Below, in pieces: positions 1 to 8,926 of a stretch of DNA of 64,000 bases. Where the stretch lies: NCBI GenBank assembly GCA_964549615.1, contig CAZJVP010000030.1, positions 1-64,000 of the forward strand, given 5' to 3'. A model generated the notes under the pieces. The model worked only from the letters and a program-made list of their open reading frames with translations, ran no database searches and had not been told where the DNA came from. Each line of letters opens with the position of its first letter. Positions within the stretch are counted from its first letter, which is position 1. A program made the position numbers and the translations under genes. Origin of the DNA: an uncultured Thermococci archaeon. GTDB taxonomy: Archaea > CAYQAE01 > CAYVLA01.

Positions 1-1104
1 CCTGGCGTTACTCCCTACATACACATGAAGGTCGAGCCGCTGCTCGAGGTCACCCCGGTTCAAGCATCCACGCTACACTATGCGGGAATCTCCTCGGATG
101 ACATCAGAAGGGCCATCCGGGTCTACATGCCTCGGACCTACCGTTCGCTCGTTGAGTCCTACGATGTCGTGATCATCAGCGATGCCAACACCGGCAGCTT
201 CACCTCGGACCATCACAGGTGGTTTAAGGACAGCGTATCGGAGGGGATGGGCCTCGTGATGGTGGGCGGGTATGAGAGCTTCGGCGGGGTGGCCAACTAC
301 CCGAGCTGGGAGAACAGCCCGGTGGCGGACGTGCTGCCCGTGACGGTCGTCCCGGGACTCTACTGGGGAGGTCCCATGACGATAGTCAACGGGGAACACG
401 TCTTCATGAGGAGCCTCCCGTGGAGCCCCAACCTGGAGTTCATGAGAAACTACGAGAGCAACATCGTGAAGCTCAGGGATGGGGCCGATCTGCTTGCCGT
501 TGTGACGATAGGTTCCTGGGGAGGCAGGTACTACGCTGGGTACGAGAACCCCTTCTTCTCGACTTGGACATATGACAACGGAACGGTCTTCGCAATGACG
601 GGGGACTGGACCCCTGCGGGAGGGTGGGCGTTCCTTCGGTGGGACTACCTGCCCGACTTCGTCACCAACCTCATGCTCTACTGTGCGAAGCGCCCCGTCC
701 CCCAGGACCTGAGCCTCGTTCACACGCTGAGAAAGCAGGTAGCCATGCTGGGCTACCGGAGGCTGATAGCCGCGTCCCTTGTGGACTTCATCGAACGCTT
801 CGGAGCAGATGCCAGGAAACTCCTGGTTGCGCTGGACGAGGTCGATTCGGCAAGGGACAGGGCCGCGGCCCTCTACCTGGATCTGAACTACGCCGAGGCA
901 CTCGAAGCGGCGAATGACGCGCTAAGGCTCATGGAGGAGGCCGAGCTGGTCGCGGAGAGGAGCAAGAGGGAGGCTCTCTTGTGGATCTACCTCTCGGAAT
1001 GGCTCGTCGTGCTCTCAACATGCCTAATCTGCGGGTTCGCAGTCTGGGCGCTCATGGTCCGACACAGGCTGTATCGCGAGGTCGGGACCACCCGCTTTCA
1101 ATGA
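1..1104 (+). CDS. Membrane-anchored protein with class I glutamine amidotransferase-like (GATase1-like) domain; 5'-partial; paralog of the next gene
   Basis: Frame is open from base 1. Motif YDVVIISDA...GMGLVMVGGYESFGG..W..SPVADVLPV resembles GATase1-like domains, followed by a helical region and a C-terminal TM helix with basic tail (RHRLYR). Confidence 0.6.
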   Translation, partial: PGVTPYIHMKVEPLLEVTPVQASTLHYAGISSDDIRRAIRVYMPRTYRSLVESYDVVIISDANTGSFTSDHHRWFKDSVSEGMGLVMVGGYESFGGVANYPSWENSPVADVLPVTVVPGLYWGGPMTIVNGEHVFMRSLPWSPNLEFMRNYESNIVKLRDGADLLAVVTIGSWGGRYYAGYENPFFSTWTYDNGTVFAMTGDWTPAGGWAFLRWDYLPDFVTNLMLYCAKRPVPQDLSLVHTLRKQVAMLGYRRLIAASLVDFIERFGADARKLLVALDEVDSARDRAAALYLDLNYAEALEAANDALRLMEEAELVAERSKREALLWIYLSEWLVVLSTCLICGFAVWALMVRHRLYREVGTTRFQ

Positions 1105-1213
1105 GTCATAGAGGACAGCTGGCTTGAGCGGACGTAAGCCCTTCGCCGTCCGAAGTTGGATTGGTCACGGAAGGTTTAAGACCGGCCGCAACCTTCCTAT
1201 GTGGGAATGTGAA

Positions 1214-2491
1214 GTGGGTGGCCAACGAACCCTTACACTTCTCGCCTCGGCGCTGGTCGGTGCATGCCTTATCGGCGAATGTCGGTGCCTAGAGGCATCC
1301 ACGCCGCAAGGATTGAGGGTTCTGCTGATGGGCGTGGTGGACCGAAGCATAAACCCGCTCTCTGACTGGCTCTCCGCGGAACCCGGGACCACGTTCTCGG
1401 TGGTGCCGTCAAGGCTTTACAAGGGAAGCTGGCAGGATAGCCACGGGGAAGCATTTCAGGATGAGATAAGGCGCTTCATCAGGATATACTTCCCCCGGTC
1501 ATTGGACGATCTCAGGAGCTACGACGTGATACTGTGCTCGTCGATCCTCGTCACAATGTATACCGTTTCCCAGATAGACTGGATGGTCAAGGCCATCCTG
1601 GACGGGACATGCGCGATAGCGGACACGGGAGGGATGATGGGCAAGAGCGTGCTGATGTACCTTCCCTGGGCCGAGAGTGCCATATCCGAAGCGTTCCCGT
1701 GCGACGCCGACGCCACAGCCGCCCTGTTTGGCCTGGGCGACGCGCCCAACCTCGGAGAGTTTCGCGTCAGGCTGAACCGGAACATCTCCGACCCGGTATT
1801 CACCCCCTTCATACCTTTTGGCATCGAGAGGTGGAGGGGATCATCCGGCAGGATCATGATCCCCCAAGCCGGATCGACCGTCTGGGGCTGGATGCACCTG
1901 GAGAAGGAGGTGTATCCCTGGGTCCTGTCTTGGCGCTACGGAAAGGGAATCACGTGGTCCGTCGCCGATGCGCCGAGATACCCCTTCTGGAGCAGGTACG
2001 AGGTCGGCTGGAGCGACAACGACTTCGGCATGGACATGTGGTTCAACATGATGTACTTCGGGACGCGACGGAAGCTCGTCACGGACGTCCCACTGGTCCA
2101 CTCCGCCAGAGAATCTTTCGGGCTATTCCGCACCCAGGTTGAGACGGTCACGAACTTCCTGGATTTCGTTGAGACGTTCGGCGCGAACGCCCAGCCCCTG
2201 TTCAACGAGATTGCGAAGCTTGAGCCGGTTGTCGGCAAGGCGCAAAGGGAGTACGTAGCCCAAGAGTACGAATCCGCCTTGGACACGATGGCGCAGGCCT
2301 TGCGCTCCCTGACGCAGATCTCCCAGCGAGGAGCTACCTTGAGGACGAAGGCGTTGATGTGGGTCTACGTTGCAGAATGGACGGCGATCACGGGAGTCGC
2401 GTTGGTGTCCGGGCTCGCCCTTCATTCGCTCATGATCAAGAGGCGTCTCTACGCAGAGCCCAGCGTATCGAGACATCGGGCGGTCAACTGA
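1214..2491 (+). CDS. Secreted/membrane-anchored GATase1-like paralog (start may be 1199 or 1214)
   Basis: Signal-peptide-like N-terminus. Shares motifs with the upstream gene (RRFIRIYFPR/RRAIRVYMPR, FVETFGAN/FIERFGAD, WVYVAEW/WIYLSEW, KRRLY/RHRLY). TTTAAG box near 1175. Confidence 0.6.
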   Translation: MGGQRTLTLLASALVGACLIGECRCLEASTPQGLRVLLMGVVDRSINPLSDWLSAEPGTTFSVVPSRLYKGSWQDSHGEAFQDEIRRFIRIYFPRSLDDLRSYDVILCSSILVTMYTVSQIDWMVKAILDGTCAIADTGGMMGKSVLMYLPWAESAISEAFPCDADATAALFGLGDAPNLGEFRVRLNRNISDPVFTPFIPFGIERWRGSSGRIMIPQAGSTVWGWMHLEKEVYPWVLSWRYGKGITWSVADAPRYPFWSRYEVGWSDNDFGMDMWFNMMYFGTRRKLVTDVPLVHSARESFGLFRTQVETVTNFLDFVETFGANAQPLFNEIAKLEPVVGKAQREYVAQEYESALDTMAQALRSLTQISQRGATLRTKALMWVYVAEWTAITGVALVSGLALHSLMIKRRLYAEPSVSRHRAVN

Positions 2492-2722
2492 CGGCGGATA
2501 TATGCCGCTAGCACCGCCGTCATCTTGTCGAGCTGTTCGACAGTTCAAATAGGCATGACCCTCGACCACCTCGGCATGGCACCCCGCCCTGCCGACGGGC
2601 CTAGGTTGAAGGCTAAAGACGAACTACGGTCCGTGCAGTCCAACCGCGCCCAGGCCGAGAGACGCAAACGAATTCCAGCGTGAGAGCAACACTGATCAGC
2701 TCATGCACAATGCACACGGGCG

Positions 2723-3469
2723 ATGGGAATGCAGTCTTCATACCTCGTCGAGGGCCTCAACTTCTCACGCGCAGTGGTGATGGATGCCGGAACTGGGGCG
2801 GGCAATACCACCATTCTTCTCGCAAGAAAGGTTGCCCAGGCCGGAGGGAGAGGCAGGGTGGTGAGCATCGACACGGACCCTTCGGCCTTCGCGAAAGCCC
2901 GGCGGAGGCTGGGTGACCTAGAGCCCTTTGTTCAGTTCGTCCAGGCGGACCTGACCGACATGCCACAGATCGGGTCGGAGTCCTTCAACATCGTCGTCTG
3001 CACCGGCGCCCTATGCGCGACGAACGACCGCCCCCTGAGAGCACTGAAGGCGCTGGGCGAGTTCCACCGCGTGCTCAAGGACGGCGGCAGGCTCGTCATC
3101 GGCGAGGAGTATCCGTTGCCCAAGCCCACCCGACCCGAGGAGGATGTGCAAGCCTTGCGTTGGAACCTCTATAAGGCAGTATCGGAGCTAACGGGCAGGG
3201 GCCACTACACAGAGATCTACCCGGAGGAACTCGAGTTCGCCTGCGCGCTGGTGGGCTTCAGGCAAATCGAATGGCGAAGGTTCGACGGGGGGCCCATCCC
3301 CATGGCGACGATGGAAGAGTGGCGACAGGTCATGACTTCGCTGTCAAACCAGATCGAGGACGGAAGGACCCGGGAGGCCATCCTCAAACTCGTCTCATCC
3401 ACCCATTCGCGTTACCTGAAGAGCGGCGGAAGATGCCCACCGACCTATGTGATGAAGATGAAGAAGTAG
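2723..3469 (+). CDS. Class I SAM-dependent methyltransferase (UbiE-like)
   Basis: VMDAGTGAG motif I, VVSIDTD, FVQADL, EFHRVLKDGGRLVI. Confidence 0.85.
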   Translation: MGMQSSYLVEGLNFSRAVVMDAGTGAGNTTILLARKVAQAGGRGRVVSIDTDPSAFAKARRRLGDLEPFVQFVQADLTDMPQIGSESFNIVVCTGALCATNDRPLRALKALGEFHRVLKDGGRLVIGEEYPLPKPTRPEEDVQALRWNLYKAVSELTGRGHYTEIYPEELEFACALVGFRQIEWRRFDGGPIPMATMEEWRQVMTSLSNQIEDGRTREAILKLVSSTHSRYLKSGGRCPPTYVMKMKK

Positions 3470-3634
3470 TTGACGATCGGGCTACCCGAGGCTCGTCTCA
3501 GCACGGATTTCACCACCCTGCGAGTAGCTTGCCAGCATGCGAATCCAAGCCACCCGAAGAAGCGGACTGCTCAAGGACCGGTATGGCCGAATGACGATAA
3601 GCTTTATCCCGACACGGAACAGCACGGATGCCAG

Positions 3635-4783
3635 ATGCAGGTACGCATGGTCCACCCCTACCCGGGCGACATCCTATATGATAGTGATGGCAAGACCACC
3701 CGTGCCGGCCTTCGCATCATTGCGGCGGTGGACGGACCCGCCAACGGCATGGTCTATCTGAACGGTCAGCAGCCCTTTCGTTCCGAGCCTAGGGCCCAAG
3801 GCACCAAGAGGTACTTTTTCCGCATCACCCTCTCCGACACGATCAGCCGCATGGTGGCGGAGGCGATCGCCCCGGGAGGCGCCGCCCTTGATTCTGCAAC
3901 CCTGCTGTGGGATCGGGACTCATTCAAGAGGTATCGTTTCTCCGTCGATGACAACATCCTTTTTCTGAAGGATCTAGCCGAGACTCCCCATCGATCGATC
4001 TTTGACCATTGGTACATGGCGTTCTGGCTCCGCATGCATCGAAGGTACGGCGTCAAGGTGCACTTCAACATTTACTTCAGGACGGAGGGTTTTGATCTCA
4101 CCCAGATGCCCGACCGCTACAGGACGGAGTGGCAGAGGAATGCGGACTGGATCCGCCTAACATTCCACGGCCTTCAGGATGAACCACCCAGGCCCTACAT
4201 CGATGCCTCCTATGAGAAGATGAAGAGAGATTTCCTCTTGGTGACCAACGAGATCAAGCGTTTCGCGGGGCAGGAGCTGCTGAGCCCCTTCACCACCATC
4301 CACTGGGGCGAGGCACCGGTCAACGCGTGCCGGGCCTTGAGGGACAATGGCATCAGAGGACTGGTCGGCTACTTCGAGCTCGATCCGGGAACGGGAAGGC
4401 CGATCGTCTCCTACTACCTGGACAAAGAGAAGGTCCTTCACCTGAACGGTCGCGACTGCTGGTATGACGCGGATGAAGGCCTGTTGTTCGTCAAGCATGA
4501 CCTGGTCGTCAACGCGGTTCCCCTCAAATCCATTGCGCCTCACCTCGAATCGGTTGCGTCCGACCCACACAGGAGCGAGGTGATGGAGGTGATGGTCCAC
4601 GAGCAGTACTTTCGCCCCGAGCTTGGCTACTTCCAGCCAGACATCGAGGAGAGGGTGGCCGCTTCGCTGGAATGGCTGCGGGCGCACGGATATAGGTCCG
4701 TCTTCTACGACCAAGGACTCCTTGGCGCGCCATCCCTCCCGGCGAACTGGTGGTCGGCTCTGCAACCTGGGTCCAGGCCTTAG
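3635..4783 (+). CDS. Hypothetical protein with polysaccharide deacetylase/NodB-like domain
   Basis: RFSVDDN, LTFHG, TTIHWG and VMVHEQYF motifs. TATA-like CTTTATCC near 3602 supports a start at 3635 rather than 3470. Confidence 0.55.
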   Translation: MQVRMVHPYPGDILYDSDGKTTRAGLRIIAAVDGPANGMVYLNGQQPFRSEPRAQGTKRYFFRITLSDTISRMVAEAIAPGGAALDSATLLWDRDSFKRYRFSVDDNILFLKDLAETPHRSIFDHWYMAFWLRMHRRYGVKVHFNIYFRTEGFDLTQMPDRYRTEWQRNADWIRLTFHGLQDEPPRPYIDASYEKMKRDFLLVTNEIKRFAGQELLSPFTTIHWGEAPVNACRALRDNGIRGLVGYFELDPGTGRPIVSYYLDKEKVLHLNGRDCWYDADEGLLFVKHDLVVNAVPLKSIAPHLESVASDPHRSEVMEVMVHEQYFRPELGYFQPDIEERVAASLEWLRAHGYRSVFYDQGLLGAPSLPANWWSALQPGSRP

Positions 4784-4906
4784 GCCAGCCCGCTTCGCCC
4801 AAGCAGCCATCCCCTTCGCCGCTGGCAAGAGTTTTGAGGTGGCAGGCAACCGTCCTGCGGCGAACCTTGTTCTGATCGCAAGCTCATCCCAGCCTGAAAG
4901 TTCGAC

Positions 4907-5610
4907 GTGGGGAGAACTCGCGGCCACATGTCTGCGGCAGGGAGCATAGAGTTGAGATCACCGACATCGGGGACGGGCTGCCGGGAACCCCCCATGTGCC
5001 TAGATCTGGAACACTGCTACTCAAGCTCTTGCCGCAACGACCGATTCGTCCCGCGCCGGAAGGCAAAGGCGTCATCGGTTTCCGTCAAAGACGCGGTTTT
5101 GGTGACGATCGGTCCGCACGAGGATTGGCAGGTGCAAACGAATGCCACGTTCAGGGTCTTGGACAAGCCTGCCGTCGAGGCGTCCTACAGGTTTCCGCTC
5201 CTTCAGATCGTTCCGGGCCCTTGGGTTCGACCGAATCTTGCCGACAACGGACGCGGGCTCTTGGCACGAGACCTTGCGCAGGCGGACAACATCCGGGCTG
5301 TCTACGCGGAGAATTGGCAGGGGCCGACATCGAGCTGACCACCGACGAAGGCTTCTATGACTACCCTCTCATGGTGACTCCCGTTGGCAACAAATCAACC
5401 ATCCTACCCGTCGCCGATTCCGCGTGCTGCTCGAACCTCCCGCCGAACCGCCGGCGGAATACGCACGACCTCTCACCGCTCGCCGGGGACGTCAAGGAGG
5501 GAGGGGAAGCCTCGTCCCGTACGTGGCTAGCGCGCTGCGACCTTGGTTGCCTTGATGATGCGATCCAGCTCTGTGAGGAGCCACAAGTCGAGAGGCCGCC
5601 GAGCGATGAT
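4907..5610 (+). pseudogene. Probable degraded gene split over two frames
   Basis: Protein-like sequence in ORF 4907-5338 (..AVYAENWQG) continues in another frame (ADIELTTDEGFYDYPLMVTPV..), with the shift at the G-run near 5320. Boundaries are approximate. Confidence 0.4.
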
Positions 5611-5656
5611 CTGGCGCCATCAACGATCGTCCCAAAGCCGCCGAAAGCCATTCGAC

Positions 5657-6667
5657 CTACGGAGACTGCTCGCCGTACCTCACCGTGACCTTCCTGATTA
5701 TCACCCAACAGCCCATGAGCAGCAGGATCCCGGACAGCACCTGGGCGATGGTCAGCAACTCGCCCAGTATGAAGTAGGCGAAGACGATGGTGAGAAGGGG
5801 CTTGAAGGTCATGATGTTCGCCGGGAGCGTGGCCCCGAGATGCCTGATCGCCACGTAGTTGGTCACGTTGCCAAGGCCAACGCAGACTATCCCAGACCCC
5901 ACGAGAAGAAGATTCACCGCCCATCCCACCGAGGCGACCCTGGTTATGTCGCCGAAAAAAAGCACTATGGGGAGGAACACCGCCGAGGCTAGAAGCTGTA
6001 CGATGGGCATGGCAGCCAGCGCCTCGAAATCGTTGACTATCTGTTTGATGCTGACAACGTAGGCTCCCCAGAAGAAGGCCGACACTATCGTCAAGATGAC
6101 GCCCATGTTGAACTCAAGGTTCACTTCAGGTGCCCCTAGCACGAGGCCGAACACCCCCGCCACGATGAGGAAGTTGGCGAGGACGAAGTACCGCGACCTC
6201 ATCACCCTTCTTTCCGACTCAAAAAAGATGTACGATAGCACGACGATGAAGGCCATGCTCATCCTGTTGACCAAGCCTGCCAGGCTGGCGTTGGTCATAT
6301 ACACCCCCGCCACGCTGGTCATTTGAAACAGCGAAACTAGGATTGCTGGAATCAATAGCAGCCTGATCCTGCTTACTGCCCTGACCAGGGCATCCCTCAT
6401 CAACAGGAAGCACAGGGCCCCCAAGAACGCGCCGGAAGCAAGATAACGGTAGAAGCTTTGTGTGAAGATGTCGAAGTCGCTGGCGAGAATCTTGATGAAT
6501 ATCGTGGGCCATGCCCATATGAATGCCGTCACCATCGTTGCGGCCAGCCCGAGCGTTTTGCCCTGGCTGCTCACGTCGTGCGGCAAACGGTCACCGGAGA
6601 ACGAGGCGGACACGGGCATGATGGGTTCATTTATCCTTCCTTGTCCAGTCAGGACAGGCAAGGGCAT
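5657..6667 (-). CDS. DMT/EamA family transporter (true start likely somewhat downstream)
   Basis: About 10 TM helices in two EamA-like halves; C-terminal PLLTIVFAYFILGELLT..GILLLMG. Confidence 0.85.
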   Translation of the reverse strand: MPLPVLTGQGRINEPIMPVSASFSGDRLPHDVSSQGKTLGLAATMVTAFIWAWPTIFIKILASDFDIFTQSFYRYLASGAFLGALCFLLMRDALVRAVSRIRLLLIPAILVSLFQMTSVAGVYMTNASLAGLVNRMSMAFIVVLSYIFFESERRVMRSRYFVLANFLIVAGVFGLVLGAPEVNLEFNMGVILTIVSAFFWGAYVVSIKQIVNDFEALAAMPIVQLLASAVFLPIVLFFGDITRVASVGWAVNLLLVGSGIVCVGLGNVTNYVAIRHLGATLPANIMTFKPLLTIVFAYFILGELLTIAQVLSGILLLMGCWVIIRKVTVRYGEQSP

Positions 6668-6799
6668 GCAGGCCCCCTTCTGCCTCGGCCCAAGCCGGCT
6701 CTCAAGTTACTGGCGTAGGGAGACGAAGGTACGGCCCATGCACGGTCGACAGGTGGCTCAGGGTCGGGCGGATTCGCATTGCCTTGTGGTGCCGTGGGG

Positions 6800-6979
6800 C
6801 TAGCTGAAGCCCTTGCGAAAAGAGCCCTTGAATTGCTTGATGTTGGCCCTCTCCACCTTCACCAATACCTGCCTGTGCTGCTCTCTAGCGTGCGTCCTGA
6901 GCTTCTCCTCCACCGTTGCCCAGTCCGAACCTGTGAAGGTTTCCTGGCAAAGGGAGCACGTGGCTTGCCAAAAGGTCAT
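6800..6979 (-). CDS. Small C2H2-type zinc-binding protein, 59 aa (DUF1059-like); absent from the ORF track
   Basis: Manual translation MTFWQATCSLCQETFTGSDWATVEEKLRTHAREQHRQVLVKVERANIKQFKGSFRKGFS*, with CxxC...HxxxxH. Confidence 0.7.
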   Translation of the reverse strand: MTFWQATCSLCQETFTGSDWATVEEKLRTHAREQHRQVLVKVERANIKQFKGSFRKGFS

Positions 6980-7221
6980 GCGGCGACGGTTGGACCGCTC
7001 AGAGAAAAAGCTGACGTTCTAGAACTCAAGGATCGTGTCCTCAGTGGCTCCTTGCGGTTTCCTCGTAGGGAAGGTTGCGCCCAAAGGGGAATCTGGATGG
7101 CGTCCACGGCCGCTGCAAGTCCTCAGCATCGGGAACCCGAGGCGCTGAAGAAGACCACTAGAGCATCGCCGACCGCGGATGGCGCCATCTTGGTGCGCAG
7201 ACTTCCGACGTCTACGACGAA

Positions 7222-7337
7222 CGGGCCCGTAGGGATTTGAACCCCAGACCTATCCCCGAAGGCGAGATCCTTCCATGGGTTAAGAGCCCATCGCTGTTGA
7301 TTCCCAAGCGGGAACTACCAGACTAAGCTACGGGCCC
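7222..7337 (-). tRNA. tRNA-Lys(CTT) with two non-canonical introns (7296-7314 in the D-arm; 7252-7274 at the anticodon-stem/variable-loop junction)
   Basis: GGGCCCGTAGCTTAGTCTGGTAG[TTCCCGCTTGGGAATCAAC]AGCGATGGGCTCTTAACCCAT[GGAAGGATCTCGCCTTCGGGGAT]AGGTCTGGGGTTCAAATCCCTACGGGCCCG. The spliced product is a 74-nt cloverleaf with no encoded CCA. Confidence 0.93.
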
Positions 7338-7360
7338 GAGAGCCTTTCCCCCTGAAAAAA

Positions 7361-7377
7361 CCTTATATATCTTTTCG
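7361..7377 (-). promoter_or_regulatory. BRE-TATA promoter of tRNA-Lys, overlapping the dph5 stop codon
   Basis: Minus strand CGAAAAGATATATAAGG about 25 nt upstream of the tRNA 5' end. Confidence 0.7.
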
Positions 7378-8154
7378 GCTGCGCCGGCTGCGCCCGACCC
7401 GTTGGCCAAGCACGACTTCGAGCGCCTCGCGCTCGGCGAAGTGGAGCCTCCCAGGCACGACCAGGCAATGTGGCGGGGGCCCGAAGTCGAACTGGACGAG
7501 ATCCCGAACCCTTCCCGCCCTCACCATCTGATCCGGCGAGGACACTCTCGCAAGGCCCACGGCCAGCGTGCTGCGTCCGATCAGGCCTAGGCATCTTTTG
7601 CCCTCGGCCGCCAGAAGGGATTGCAGGGCCTGTCCTATCGACATGTGTCTGCCCCGCTCCGAGTCCACATCCAGCAGGAATAGCGTGTGCAGCCCCCGTG
7701 CCCTGTTTTCCTTAAGGACATCGTAGGGCTGTTGGGACGGAAGAAAGGAGATTGTAGCCATCCTGCCGAAGCGCGTTGCCAAAAGACAGCTCTCCCCGAT
7801 CGCCGCAGACAGTATGGATGAGGAGTGGATGACTCTGCTTGTATGTCCGGCCCTAGCGGCCTGCACCCTGAGCGAAATGTGGGTTGTCGAGATCATTGGA
7901 TCCCCCGGCACGAGAAGGGCCACGTCGCCCGCTGACAGAGAGTTCATGATTAGGCTACCGTCCTCAACCTGCTCGCGGTTGAGCATCTCCACCCTCCGGG
8001 CAAAGAGATCGGCAAGGGACGAGGGTTCCAGGCCCGGCATCGGGCTGGTGTAGGTTTCGCAAAAGACGCGGCTGCACCTCGCGACGACGTCCAGCGCCCC
8101 CCTCGTGGTGTCGTCAGGGCTCAGACCCATGCCCACCAGAAACAGACATGCCAA
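7363..8154 (-). CDS. dph5: Diphthine synthase (diphthamide methyltransferase)
   Basis: LFLVGMGL, ETYTS, VALLVPGDPMISTTH, RFGRMATI, ENRARGLHTLFLLD, DFGPPPHCLVVPGRLHFAE. Confidence 0.92.
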   Translation of the reverse strand: MACLFLVGMGLSPDDTTRGALDVVARCSRVFCETYTSPMPGLEPSSLADLFARRVEMLNREQVEDGSLIMNSLSAGDVALLVPGDPMISTTHISLRVQAARAGHTSRVIHSSSILSAAIGESCLLATRFGRMATISFLPSQQPYDVLKENRARGLHTLFLLDVDSERGRHMSIGQALQSLLAAEGKRCLGLIGRSTLAVGLARVSSPDQMVRAGRVRDLVQFDFGPPPHCLVVPGRLHFAEREALEVVLGQRVGRSRRSRKDI

Positions 8155-8206
8155 GGCGCTGTGGTTCCTCACAGGATGCAAGATATATCTATCCTACAGC
8201 CCTGGG

Positions 8207-8641
8207 ATGAAGCCGAAGAACTTGACCTTCCGCTACCTTGAGCACACGGCGGACATAGGCGTCGAGGTGGTCGCGCCAAGCCTTCCGGCCGCCTTCTCCG
8301 AGGCCGGGGTCGCCCTTTTCGGAATCATGACCGACATCTCGGGCTTCAAGCCGGCCCACCCAGTCGGGATCACGGCAACCGGCCACGATATGAAGTCGCT
8401 GCTTTACGCGTGGCTCGAGGAGCTGATCTACATCTTCGACACCTCCCGGATGGTCTTCGTCAGGATAGACGTTGAGAAGCTCTCGCTCGATCCCCCGTCC
8501 ATCGAGGCGACGGGCTGGGGCGAGGCTTTCGATCCGGCACGGCATGAGCCGAGGACTGGCGTCAAGGCGGTGACTTATCACCGAATGAAACTTGACGAGA
8601 GGGAGGGCCGCTGCATTCTCACGTACTTCGTCGACATATAA
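8207..8641 (+). CDS. Archease (RtcB activator)
   Basis: FRYLEHTADIG, WLEELIY, VKAVTYH, C-terminal VDI. Confidence 0.93.
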   Translation: MKPKNLTFRYLEHTADIGVEVVAPSLPAAFSEAGVALFGIMTDISGFKPAHPVGITATGHDMKSLLYAWLEELIYIFDTSRMVFVRIDVEKLSLDPPSIEATGWGEAFDPARHEPRTGVKAVTYHRMKLDEREGRCILTYFVDI

Positions 8642-8926
8642 GCCGGGACGTTGGGACGGCAATGGGTCCGGTCTTTAAGGCGCCGGGATCCGGACATTCG
8701 ACCATTTTTGGTCGGTCGCTCCTGGGAAGGCGAAGACGCCGTTAAGACCTCAGGCAGACATCAAGGCGAGGATCTCCTCTCCTCCGATGCCTCCTTTGTT
8801 TGCGGTTCTCGTGCACTTCTCTCCGCCGAAGCCAGCGCCGATCTGGACTCATCAAGCACCTTCACAGAAACATTCATCTAGTGCCGGCCTCCATGCGAAG
8901 CGGGTGTGAGGGGCGAGGGAGGGTTC

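Noticed and set aside
1-7221. Integrated element at the tRNA-Lys 3' end
   Set aside because: Accessory-looking genes lie there, but I found no integrase and no duplicated tRNA 3' end in the window.
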